DNA from: an uncultured Clostridium sp.
Lineage (GTDB): Bacteria > Bacillota > Clostridia > TANB77 > CAG-508
DNA length: 64,000 bases
Reading direction: 5' to 3'
Assembly (NCBI GenBank): GCA_947384775.1
Contig: CANDIF010000002.1
Location: 123,967 to 187,966 of the forward strand
A model generated the notes under the pieces. That model was not told the DNA's origin, did no database searches, and saw only the letters and a list, made by a program, of their open reading frames with translations. Each line of letters starts with the position of its first letter. Within the stretch, counting starts at the first letter, position 1. Shown here piece after piece: positions 9,906-18,574 of this stretch. A program made the translations under genes and the position numbers.

Positions 9906-10664
9906 TTATTCTATATTGAATACTTTTTTTGCATTTTCATATGTTATTCGTGCTACTTCTTCTAGTGGAATATTCTTCACATCTGCAATTTTTTGTGCTA
10001 TATATTTTACATTTCTTGAATCGTTTCGTGTTCCTCTTAGTGGTTCTGGGCTTAAATATGGGGAGTCAGTCTCTATTAGCATCTTTTCTAGCGGTACATA
10101 TTCTATAACTTGATTAGCATTTTTGGAATTTTTAAAAGTAATTGGTCCTGCAAATGATATATAAAACCCTAATTTCAAACCTTCTTTTATTAGTTCAATG
10201 TTAAGTGGGCAACAATGAAATACTCCCCTCGTTTTATGTGTTTTCAAGATTTCCAAAGTATCTTGTACAGCTTCTCTTGTATGTATTACTATTGGCAAAT
10301 CTAATTCATTTGCTATTTTTATTTGTTGGATAAATGCATGTTTTTGAATATCCTTGTTTTCTTTATTCCAGTAATAATCCAATCCAATTTCTCCTATTGC
10401 TATTACTTTTTCATCTTTGGCAAGTGTTTTTATTTTTTCAAAATATTCTTCTTTTAAATCATCAATATCATTTGGAGAAATACCTGCCGTCGCATATACA
10501 AAATCATAAATATTGGCTATTTCTATTGCTTTTTTAGTTGTTTCTAAGTTATATCCTGCAGTTATTAATTTTGTTACTCCTGCTTTATATATTTCCTCTA
10601 CAATTTCTGTTTCATTTGCAAATTTCTCATCATTATAATGAGCATGACTATCAAATAATTCCAT
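9906..10664 (-). CDS. tatD: TatD-family metal-dependent DNase/hydrolase
   Basis: MELFDSHAHYNDEKF N-terminus, TatD HxH motif and a conserved C-terminus. Confidence 0.85.
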   Translation of the reverse strand: MELFDSHAHYNDEKFANETEIVEEIYKAGVTKLITAGYNLETTKKAIEIANIYDFVYATAGISPNDIDDLKEEYFEKIKTLAKDEKVIAIGEIGLDYYWNKENKDIQKHAFIQQIKIANELDLPIVIHTREAVQDTLEILKTHKTRGVFHCCPLNIELIKEGLKLGFYISFAGPITFKNSKNANQVIEYVPLEKMLIETDSPYLSPEPLRGTRNDSRNVKYIAQKIADVKNIPLEEVARITYENAKKVFNIE

Positions 10665-10689
10665 CTTAGTCTCCTTTTATTCTCAAACT

Positions 10690-10779
10690 AGCTCCATGTG
10701 GATGCCCCGATTTTTCTTTTTTGAGCAACTGCTACACCAAAAGAAAATGTCCAACATCCAACAAGATGGAGTGGATTTT
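10690..10779 (+). repeat. Palindromic intergenic repeat, copy 2 (type B core). It begins 26 nt upstream of the tatD start codon.
   Basis: agctccatgtggatg...catccaacaagatggagtggatttt. Confidence 0.8.
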
Positions 10780-10789
10780 AAAGTGCACA

Positions 10790-11164
10790 TTATTCTACTA
10801 ATATTACAACATTAGCCACTGCATATTCATGGCAATGCGAAATACTTATATCAATATTCTTTATATTCTCAAATTTAATCCCGACAAACTCTACTGCTGG
10901 ATTTCCATTTTCATCATTTATTACTTGTGCATTATGCCAGCTTATATCAAACTTATTTTTAAGCAATGCTGATACTGCCTTGAAAATTGCCTCTTTTGCT
11001 GCAAATCTTCCTGCATAATGATAATATTTTGCTGCTCTTCTGCTTTCGCAGTATTCCTTTTCAGCTGGTGTATATACCAAATTGGTAAATCTCTCCCCTG
11101 AATGTTCTATTGATTTTTTTATTCTTTCTATTTCAATTATATCTGTGCCACATAATACTCTCAT
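10790..11164 (-). CDS. acpS: Holo-[acyl-carrier-protein] synthase AcpS
   Basis: MRVLCGTDIIEIERI...RFAAKEAIFKA matches the AcpS family (GxD...RFAAKEA). The start is at the internal ATG that has an AAAGGAAGGG ribosome-binding site. The longer ORF in the track has no such site. Confidence 0.8.
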   Translation of the reverse strand: MRVLCGTDIIEIERIKKSIEHSGERFTNLVYTPAEKEYCESRRAAKYYHYAGRFAAKEAIFKAVSALLKNKFDISWHNAQVINDENGNPAVEFVGIKFENIKNIDISISHCHEYAVANVVILVE

Positions 11165-11237
11165 ATTGATTGCCCTTCCTTTTATACATTTAAAGTTATA
11201 TATTCTAGATTTGCTAAAATATATAACTTCATTTTCA

Positions 11238-12740
11238 TTATTTTGTATAATAAATTCCTTCATTTGATAAGTGCCATTGTCCAATAAAATCGGTATATAA
11301 ATTACTGTCTAAATTCACAGTTGGTTCTAGTATAAGCTTTCCTGCTCTATCTATGCAACCCCATTTTCCATCTTTTTTTACTGCTGAATATCCCACTTCA
11401 TTTTGTTCTTTAGCATCATCATAAATATAATCTACAACTACATCTCCTGACACATTCACAAAACCATATTTTCCATTTTTTTCACTTACAAATAATGTAT
11501 TTTTGGTTAGTAAATCTCTATTTGATTTTTCTTCAAATCTATAATTATAGTATTTATTTTGTCCATCTATTCTTGCCTTTATATATTCTTCTTCAAATAC
11601 AAATATTCCTTTTAATTTTTGAGCTAAATTACTATCAAAAATAACTGTCTCCGTTTCTGTTAAATCTCCTACTAAAATACTCTTATCTTCTACATAATAC
11701 ATATTTGTATATTCAAATGGAATAATTACTTCGTTATCTATATTTATAATTCCTGTTTTGCCTTCTTGTTTTGCTATATAGTAAACTGAGAATGCATATT
11801 CTAAATTTTCATATGTTAGTCCTACTTTTTCTTCGCCCTTTGTTGTTATAATCCCGTATTTTCCATTTTTTTCAACTACTACATTTTCTCCTTTTGCTGA
11901 AATATAATTATATGTATTGTTTATCACTTCTCCATTTTTCTTTATCAATGTCCATACATTATCCACCATTACTGCATATGTTTCTGTATTTCCTAAATAT
12001 TTTATTTCTTTATATGCAGGTGTTACTATTATTGTTCCACTTGTACTAATAACTCCTGAATTATCATTTTCATCTACTATTATGTACTCGTTTTTATATC
12101 CTTCTTTTAATGTCTTTATTTCTTTATATTCTATTTTTATAATTTCTTGCCCTTTGCTGTTTACTAAGCCTACTTTGCCATCTTTCTTTACTATAAAATT
12201 TTCTTTAACGCTTTTCAATGTTGTTATTTCATCATAATCACAGTTTAATAAAATATTTCCTTCTAAATCTATCAAACCATATTTTCCATTTTTATAAACT
12301 CTTAAAATATTGTTTTCATACCATATGTTTTGTTTTGAGTCGAAATTTTCTAGCACTTCTACTCTTTCATAATCAGTAAATAATCTCTCATTTTTTTCAT
12401 TCATTACTGATGTTTTATACTCTCCTGTTTGTTCATTTACATCATATACACTAACAAATATTGCTTTTTCTTTATTTGGAACTACTATAATTTCATCTTT
12501 CATTGCTGCAATTATTTCTTGTCCCTGGCTATTTATTACTCCCCATTTTCCATTTGAATAAACTGTGTAATATTTGTTTTTAATCTCAACAACAGGAGCA
12601 ATTTCACTTTTTAAAATTTTCTTTATAGATATTATAATCATTACTATAACTGCTATTGTAATTATAACGCCAAAAACTTTTTTCATATTCAACTTTGGTT
12701 CGTCATATCTTTTTCCTTTTCCCATATCTATCACCATCAA
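11238..12740 (-). CDS. WG-repeat containing membrane-anchored protein
   Basis: N-terminal TM helix followed by many K(W/Y)G(V/L/F)I(D/N)..G repeats (KWGVINSQG, KYGLIDLEG, KYGFVNVSG, KWGCIDRAG). Confidence 0.55.
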   Translation of the reverse strand: MMVIDMGKGKRYDEPKLNMKKVFGVIITIAVIVMIIISIKKILKSEIAPVVEIKNKYYTVYSNGKWGVINSQGQEIIAAMKDEIIVVPNKEKAIFVSVYDVNEQTGEYKTSVMNEKNERLFTDYERVEVLENFDSKQNIWYENNILRVYKNGKYGLIDLEGNILLNCDYDEITTLKSVKENFIVKKDGKVGLVNSKGQEIIKIEYKEIKTLKEGYKNEYIIVDENDNSGVISTSGTIIVTPAYKEIKYLGNTETYAVMVDNVWTLIKKNGEVINNTYNYISAKGENVVVEKNGKYGIITTKGEEKVGLTYENLEYAFSVYYIAKQEGKTGIINIDNEVIIPFEYTNMYYVEDKSILVGDLTETETVIFDSNLAQKLKGIFVFEEEYIKARIDGQNKYYNYRFEEKSNRDLLTKNTLFVSEKNGKYGFVNVSGDVVVDYIYDDAKEQNEVGYSAVKKDGKWGCIDRAGKLILEPTVNLDSNLYTDFIGQWHLSNEGIYYTK

Positions 12741-12772
12741 TACTATATCATATGTACTACCTATTTTTCAAG

Positions 12773-13888
12773 TTATTCCGACATTATTTTTCTTATAATT
12801 CTATTGGATATTGTACTTAAAATTTCATAATTTATTGTTCCACATTTTTTTGCTATATCTTCTATTTTTATATTCTTATTATCCCAAATATAAACATCAT
12901 CATCTATTTTTACATTTTCTATATCTGTAACATCTATCATAAAACTATCCATGCATATAGTACCAACTATTGGAGCTAGATTTCCGTTTATTACAACTTT
13001 TCCTTTGCCACTTAGACTTCTTCTAATTCCATCTGCATATCCTATTGGAACATTTGCAATTTTCGACTTTCGTTTAGTTATAAATTTTCTGCCATAACTT
13101 ATACTTGTTCCTTCTTCAACAGTTTTCATAAATGATATTTTAGATTTTAAAACACATGCTGGCTCTAATTTAACCGTTGTTTCTATATGTTCGTCTGGGA
13201 AATATCCATATAACATGATTCCTGGTCGTATCATATTACCAGGGAAGTCTCCTAATTGCATAATTGCTGCACTGTTTGCACAATGTACATATTTTATGGT
13301 AGATATTTTACCTTTTACATATTCTACTGCTTTATCAAATGTTTCCATCTGTTTTCGGGTATATTCTAAATCTGTATCGCTTGTTGCAAAATGCGTATAT
13401 ATACCTGTTATTTTGATATTTTCTAGTTTTTTACTTTTCTCAATAAAATCATTTAGATTTTCTATTTGTATTCCTGTTCTCCCCATCCCTGTTTCAATTT
13501 CTATATGTACATTTATAATTTCATTTGCTCTTACTGCCTCATAATTTAGTTCTTGTAAAAATTCAATATAGCATACTCCTGGTGTAATATGGTACTTAAT
13601 AATGTTTGGGACTTCTTCTTTTGCAGGTTGATTTAAAACTACTATTTCCCCCTCATATTCTAAATACTCTCTTTGTGTGATTCCTTCATCAACAAAAGCA
13701 GTTCCTATAATATCTATGCCTAATTTATCAATAAAAGCTTTTACATTTCTAGCTCCTATTCCATATCCACTAGCCTTTAATACTGGTAATATTTTTTTAT
13801 CTGGATGCAATTTCTGAATTTCTTTGTAATTATGCTCCATAGCATCTAAGTTTATCAATAATTCTGATTGTCTATTTTTCTCATACAT
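12773..13888 (-). CDS. alr: Alanine racemase
   Basis: 371 aa with the PLP-binding motif (PVLKASGYGIG) and a racemase C-terminal domain. Confidence 0.85.
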   Translation of the reverse strand: MYEKNRQSELLINLDAMEHNYKEIQKLHPDKKILPVLKASGYGIGARNVKAFIDKLGIDIIGTAFVDEGITQREYLEYEGEIVVLNQPAKEEVPNIIKYHITPGVCYIEFLQELNYEAVRANEIINVHIEIETGMGRTGIQIENLNDFIEKSKKLENIKITGIYTHFATSDTDLEYTRKQMETFDKAVEYVKGKISTIKYVHCANSAAIMQLGDFPGNMIRPGIMLYGYFPDEHIETTVKLEPACVLKSKISFMKTVEEGTSISYGRKFITKRKSKIANVPIGYADGIRRSLSGKGKVVINGNLAPIVGTICMDSFMIDVTDIENVKIDDDVYIWDNKNIKIEDIAKKCGTINYEILSTISNRIIRKIMSE

Positions 13889-13935
13889 ATAAAAACCTCC
13901 TATAAAAAAAGAGCAGGGGTTGTCTGCTCCATATA

Positions 13936-14286
13936 TTAAGCTTTGCTTGCTGTTTTTACTAATTCTGCAAATGCTTTGCTATCTGTAATTGCAAGGTCTG
14001 CCAACATCTTTCTATTTATTGATATATTAGCCTTTTTTAATCCTGCCATTAATTTGCTATATGTTGTTCCGTTTTGTCTTGCTGCTGCATTTATTCTTGT
14101 TATCCATAATTTTCTGAAATTACTTTTTTTATCTTTTCTTCCTACATATGCATAAGACATTGATTTTAATACTGCTTGATTTGCATTTCTAAATCTAATG
14201 CTCTTTGCTCCAAAATATCCTTTTGCTTGTTTTAATACTTTTTTATGTTTCTTTTTTGTGATTCTTGCTGTTTTTACTCTTGCCAT
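13936..14286 (-). CDS. rplT: 50S ribosomal protein L20
   Basis: [26 protein letters not shown]... is the canonical L20 sequence. Confidence 0.9.
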   Translation of the reverse strand: MARVKTARITKKKHKKVLKQAKGYFGAKSIRFRNANQAVLKSMSYAYVGRKDKKSNFRKLWITRINAAARQNGTTYSKLMAGLKKANISINRKMLADLAITDSKAFAELVKTASKA

Positions 14287-14303
14287 TTTATTTTCCTCCT
14301 TCT

Positions 14304-14510
14304 TTATTTAGTTCCATATGGTAATAATTTTTTGATTCCTGCTTCGCATGTTTTATCTGCATAAGCATCTTGTATTTTTCCAGATTTTTTTTGTCTTGTT
14401 GTTTTATTTGCTAATAAATGTCTTCTGTTTGATTTTGTTCTTTTTACTTTTCCTGTTGCTGTATAAGAATATCTCTTTTTTGCTGCTTTGTTTGTTTTTA
14501 GTTTTGGCAT
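14304..14510 (-). CDS. rpmI: 50S ribosomal protein L35
   Basis: [14 protein letters not shown]... Confidence 0.9.
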   Translation of the reverse strand: MPKLKTNKAAKKRYSYTATGKVKRTKSNRRHLLANKTTRQKKSGKIQDAYADKTCEAGIKKLLPYGTK

Positions 14511-14537
14511 AATTTTCTTCCTCCCTTATATTTTTCT

Positions 14538-15050
14538 TTATTTAATAGGTGCTAATATTATAAACATGTTTTTACCTTCTAATAATGGTTTTTTCTCAAC
14601 TGTTGAAACATCTTTTAATTCTTCTATAAACTTGTTTAATACGTCTTCACCCATTTTTACGTAGTTTAATTCTCTTCCTCTAAACCTAACTGTTATTCTT
14701 ACTTTATTTCCATCACTTAAGAATTTTTTTGCATTTTTAGCTTTAAAGGTAAAGTCATGGATTTCAATGTTTGGTGTTACTCTTAGTTCTTTGCATTCTA
14801 TAGTTTTTTGTTTTTTTCTAGATTCCTTTTCCCTTTTTGCTTGTTCAAATTTATGTTTTCCATAATTCATTATTTTACAAACTGGGTTTTCTGGATTTTG
14901 TCCTGATACTAGAACCAAGTCTAAATCTTTACTTGCTGCTAATTCTAAAGCTTCATTAATTGATAATTTTCCTAATTTTTGTCCTTGGTCATCAATTACT
15001 TGAACTTCCTTATAACGTATTTGCTCGTTTATTAATAAATCTTGTTTTAT
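14538..15050 (-). CDS. infC: Translation initiation factor IF-3, probably with a non-canonical start codon
   Basis: Conserved IF-3 body (RVTPNIEIHDFTFK, RFRGRE). The GTG in the ORF track directly abuts GGAGGTG. An ATA lying 6 nt downstream of the ribosome-binding site is the better-spaced start and fits the known AUU/AUA autoregulated infC starts. Confidence 0.8.
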   Translation of the reverse strand: MKQDLLINEQIRYKEVQVIDDQGQKLGKLSINEALELAASKDLDLVLVSGQNPENPVCKIMNYGKHKFEQAKREKESRKKQKTIECKELRVTPNIEIHDFTFKAKNAKKFLSDGNKVRITVRFRGRELNYVKMGEDVLNKFIEELKDVSTVEKKPLLEGKNMFIILAPIK

Positions 15051-15059
15051 ATCTTTCAC

Positions 15060-15215
15060 CTCCGAAAAAAAACTTGTTCTTAAAGAACAAGTAATCCACG
15101 CAATCTATATATTAAACTTATATTTAAAATAGATAACCTTTTCCTCTAAAGTAAAGGTGAGAAGTGGATGCTTCTTCTTTAACCTTATATATATTACTAC
15201 TTTTTTACATAAATG
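15060..15215 (-). promoter_or_regulatory. Candidate L20-responsive leader of the infC-rpmI-rplT operon
   Basis: Long structured 5' region. It contains the perfect hairpin acttgttcttTAAAgaacaagt immediately upstream of the infC ribosome-binding site. The position matches the L20 autoregulatory leader of Firmicutes. No alignment was made. Confidence 0.3.
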
Positions 15216-15227
15216 TCAATACTTTGC

Positions 15228-15256
15228 TTGACATTTTTCAAATTTTGTATTAAAAT
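15228..15256 (+). promoter_or_regulatory. rplM-rpsI promoter (TTGACA, 17 nt spacer, TAAAAT)
   Basis: Consensus -35 TTGACA at 15228-15233 and -10 box TAAAAT at 15251-15256. Confidence 0.5.
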
Positions 15257-15373
15257 AGTTTAGTATGAAATTTAAAAATATTATTTTTAATATAAACCCT
15301 CGCCCGGTAGTTTATATTTAAGAATATATTTATATAAATTATTTTTAAATTATGAATGGAGGAAACATTTACC

Positions 15374-15811
15374 ATGAACAATATTACTTATTCAGCTAAA
15401 AGTAGCGATATTCAAAGAAAATGGTATATAATTGATGCTAGCGGTAAACCACTAGGAAGAGTAGCTGCTGAAGCCGCAAAATTATTAAGAGGAAAACATA
15501 AGCCAACATTTACACCAAACGTAGATACTGGTGATCATGTAATTATTTTAAATTGTAAAGATGTTGTATTAACAGGAAGAAAATTAGATCAAAAAATTTA
15601 TAGACATCATACAGGATATATTGGAAATATGAAAGAAATTTCTGCAAAAGATATGTTACAAAACAATCCTGAAAAAGCTATGATGCTTGCAATAAAAGGA
15701 ATGCTTCCAAAAAATAGATTAGGAAGACAAACTTTAAATAAACTTAGAGTTTATGCAGGTAGCGAGCATGAAAATCAAGCACAAAAACCAGAAGTTTGGG
15801 AGGTAAAATAA
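15374..15811 (+). CDS. rplM: 50S ribosomal protein L13
   Basis: [22 protein letters not shown]... The start is set at the second ATG. The first ATG lies inside the GGAGG ribosome-binding site. Confidence 0.9.
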   Translation: MNNITYSAKSSDIQRKWYIIDASGKPLGRVAAEAAKLLRGKHKPTFTPNVDTGDHVIILNCKDVVLTGRKLDQKIYRHHTGYIGNMKEISAKDMLQNNPEKAMMLAIKGMLPKNRLGRQTLNKLRVYAGSEHENQAQKPEVWEVK

Positions 15812-15812
15812 T

Positions 15813-16208
15813 ATGGCAGAAAAAACATCATTATTAGGAACAGGTAGAAGAAAGAATTCTATTGCAAGAGTTAGATTAGTTAATGGTAATGGTAAAATTA
15901 CTATTAACTCTAAAGATATAAATGAATACTTTGGTGTTGAAACACTTAAAGTTATAGTAAAACAACCTTTAACAGCAACTAATACATTAGATAAATTCGA
16001 TGTTATTTGTACTGTAAAAGGTGGAGGAATTAGTGGTCAAGCAGGTGCTATTCGTCATGGTATAGCAAGATCTTTATTACAAGCAAATTCAGAATACAGA
16101 CCAATTTTAAAATCTAGTGGATTCTTAACAAGAGATGCTAGAATGAAAGAAAGAAAGAAATATGGTATGAAGAAAGCTAGAAAAGCACCACAATTCTCTA
16201 AAAGATAA
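15813..16208 (+). CDS. rpsI: 30S ribosomal protein S9
   Basis: Ends with ...[12 protein letters not shown], the canonical S9 C-terminus. Confidence 0.9.
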   Translation: MAEKTSLLGTGRRKNSIARVRLVNGNGKITINSKDINEYFGVETLKVIVKQPLTATNTLDKFDVICTVKGGGISGQAGAIRHGIARSLLQANSEYRPILKSSGFLTRDARMKERKKYGMKKARKAPQFSKR

Positions 16209-16250
16209 TTACAAGCCTATTTGGGCAAGAGGTCAAAACATATATACAAA

Positions 16251-16284
16251 GCGGTAATCTATTTAGATTACTGCTTTTCTTTTG
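16251..16284 (+). terminator. Intrinsic terminator of the rplM-rpsI operon
   Basis: gcggtaatctatttagattactgc followed by ttttctttt. Confidence 0.6.
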
Positions 16285-16380
16285 TTAATGCAATTTTACT
16301 CCAAGCCAAATTTATGGTATAATTATATTATGTAAATATCCTTAGCAAATTTCAAACTAAAAATTTAGGAGGAATCCGCA

Positions 16381-16905
16381 ATGAAAACCAAGCACGAAAG
16401 TTCTACCCAGAAGGCCCCTACCGCCAAGAAGCTCCAGATTTTCCGCTTCAGCATCATCCCGACCATCATCAGATCTGTACTCTTGCTTCTTTTCTTACTG
16501 TTCATCCGTTTCGTGACGCTCCCGCAGTTCTTCTTCTACTTCATCATTTATGAGGATCAGACGCCCATCATTTTCATCACCCTCAAAATCGTCCGTCTGC
16601 TCTTCCTGATGCTGGTCCTTCTCACCATCATCTTCTGCGTCCGTACCGCATGCAAGAAGCTCCGCATCAGAAAAGGAACGCTCATGTATCGGCATGGACT
16701 TCTCATCAAGAAAACCAAGGTGTTCCCTCTTCCGAGCGAAGTGGAATATTCCTTTAAGCAGTCCTTGATTCAGAAGATTGTCGGAGTTTCGACTCTGACC
16801 ATTACCCTACCAAAAGGAGGAAAGAAGAAGGAGAAAACGCTTGTTTTCAGGAATCTCAAAAACGAGGAGCAGTTCGTTAAGCTTCTCACTCAGAACTACA
16901 CTTGA
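16381..16905 (+). CDS. Membrane protein with a bacterial PH (bPH_2/YdbT-like) domain, carried on a GC-rich foreign segment
   Basis: Two N-terminal TM helices followed by a PH-like beta-rich domain. About 48% GC with strong GC3 codon bias (CTC, CCG, GTC, ACG), unlike the roughly 27% GC host. It has its own AGGAGG ribosome-binding site and a TGgTATAAT-like promoter upstream. Confidence 0.6.
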   Translation: MKTKHESSTQKAPTAKKLQIFRFSIIPTIIRSVLLLLFLLFIRFVTLPQFFFYFIIYEDQTPIIFITLKIVRLLFLMLVLLTIIFCVRTACKKLRIRKGTLMYRHGLLIKKTKVFPLPSEVEYSFKQSLIQKIVGVSTLTITLPKGGKKKEKTLVFRNLKNEEQFVKLLTQNYT

Positions 16906-16977
16906 TCAATAGCGCCTATGCCATCTGATGTACAATAATTTGTTGAATTCCATTTTTGTTTAAGAACTTTTCGAAAT

Positions 16978-17027
16978 AGCACCCGAGCCATCTGCTTACA
17001 AAGCAGGTGGCTCGGGTGCTATTTTTA
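16978..17027. terminator. GC-rich 20-bp-stem terminator that closes the foreign segment and abuts the holA stop codon
   Basis: AGCACCCGAGCCATCTGCTT-ACAA-AGCAGGTGGCTCGGGTGCT followed by ATTTTT. The loop core CATCTGCTTACAAAGCA is shared with two other hairpins in the window. Confidence 0.7.
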
Positions 17028-18065
17028 CATTAAACATAATATTGATTCTAACCCAATATTAACATCTATTTTACCTTGTTTTGAATTATAATCTAAATCT
17101 ATTAATTTCTTTAATATTTCCTTTAATTCTGATTTCTTGAAATATCTAGCTTGTCCTTTGTATTTTGTGGTCAAAAACATCTGATTTGGCTTTAAATCTA
17201 AACTTTCAGCAATGTTCATGTTATATTCTTCTGCCAAAATTACCATATATATCTTTTTTAAATGATTATACAAAGTTATTAATATTTTTTGTATTGGTTC
17301 TTTGTTATATAGAAGCTCTTTTAATATTTGTAATGATTTAGTTGTATCTTTCTTTCCTATACTATCTGTTAAATCAAATATTACACTATCTAATTCTTTT
17401 ATTGATAACTTATCTATATCTTTTTTGGTTATTGTTCCATTTTCTCCTGTATATTCTATTAGTTTTCTTATCTCATTTATTAAAACTAGCATGCTTGTTC
17501 CACATGTTTCTATAAAATATTGCAATGTACTTTCATCTATATTCACCTTATATCCATTGCAAATTGCTTTAATTCTTTTTGATATTTGTACTGGTTTTAA
17601 TTTAGTAAATTCACAGGAAATACCTAAATTATCAATTGTCTTTTGCAATTCATTTTTATCTACTTCTTGTTCTATAAATAGCAAAATTACTGTTTCTTTT
17701 ATAATTTCAATATTTTCTTTGATATATTTTGCAATTTTTTCTTGTAAAGTTTTTTCTTTATTTGTACTTTTGGTTTTTGTAGTATCTTTTTTCTTAGATC
17801 TTCCCTCTTTTTTTAATAATCCTGATTTCTTAATTATTATTAGTTTTTTCTCATATCCAAATGCTGGAGTTTCTATGTCTGATATAAGATTTTGAACATT
17901 TTTATCATCTATTTGTATATAATTTATACCTGGCAATAATTCACCAAATAACCTTTTTATTTTCTTTACACAAGTTTCTAACAAAAACTCTTCTTCTCCA
18001 TATAGCAAGTATAAACTTGCTAATTCTCCTTTTTTTAATTTCTGTTCTAATTCTTCTTGTAACAT
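17025..18065 (-). CDS. holA: DNA polymerase III subunit delta (HolA)
   Basis: 346 aa. N-terminus ...LYLLYGEEEFLLE... and the overall length fit HolA. Confidence 0.75.
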   Translation of the reverse strand: MLQEELEQKLKKGELASLYLLYGEEEFLLETCVKKIKRLFGELLPGINYIQIDDKNVQNLISDIETPAFGYEKKLIIIKKSGLLKKEGRSKKKDTTKTKSTNKEKTLQEKIAKYIKENIEIIKETVILLFIEQEVDKNELQKTIDNLGISCEFTKLKPVQISKRIKAICNGYKVNIDESTLQYFIETCGTSMLVLINEIRKLIEYTGENGTITKKDIDKLSIKELDSVIFDLTDSIGKKDTTKSLQILKELLYNKEPIQKILITLYNHLKKIYMVILAEEYNMNIAESLDLKPNQMFLTTKYKGQARYFKKSELKEILKKLIDLDYNSKQGKIDVNIGLESILCLM

Positions 18066-18077
18066 ATCTCCTCCATT

Positions 18078-18563
18078 TTATAATTTCTGTGAAAATTTTG
18101 CTGAGTGTGCATGGCATATTGCTGCTGCCATACTATCTGTTGTGTCATCCAATTTTGGTAATTTTTCAACATTTAATATTGTCTTTACCATTTTTTGTAC
18201 TTGAATCTTATCAGCTCTTCCATAACCTGCTACCGCTTGTTTTATTTGTAAAGGAGTATATTCAAATGTCGGTATATTTTTTTTGCAGCCTACTGTTAAC
18301 ACTATACCTCTTGCTTGTGCAACATTTATAGCAGTTTTAGCATTATTATTGAAAAACAACTCTTCTATTGATATTGCATCAGGTTTATATTTATCTATTA
18401 TTTCTTCTACATCATCATATATTTTCACAAGTCTTAGTGGAAATGATACTCCTGCTTTTGTTGTAACAGCTCCTGAATCTATTAATTTGAATTTATTTCC
18501 TACATAATCTATTATGCTATACCCTGTTATTGCATATCCTGGGTCAATTCCTAATATTCTCAT
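18078..18563 (-). CDS. ruvC: Crossover junction endodeoxyribonuclease RuvC
   Basis: MRILGIDPGYAITGYSII... and the catalytic acidic residues of the RuvC family. Confidence 0.85.
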   Translation of the reverse strand: MRILGIDPGYAITGYSIIDYVGNKFKLIDSGAVTTKAGVSFPLRLVKIYDDVEEIIDKYKPDAISIEELFFNNNAKTAINVAQARGIVLTVGCKKNIPTFEYTPLQIKQAVAGYGRADKIQVQKMVKTILNVEKLPKLDDTTDSMAAAICHAHSAKFSQKL

Positions 18564-18574
18564 ATTTATTCCTT

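Noticed and set aside
16495-16695. 66-aa minus-strand ORF inside the GC-rich PH-domain gene
   Set aside because: It is antisense to a longer ORF that has a ribosome-binding site, and it has no start context. High GC simply reduces stop-codon frequency in all frames.
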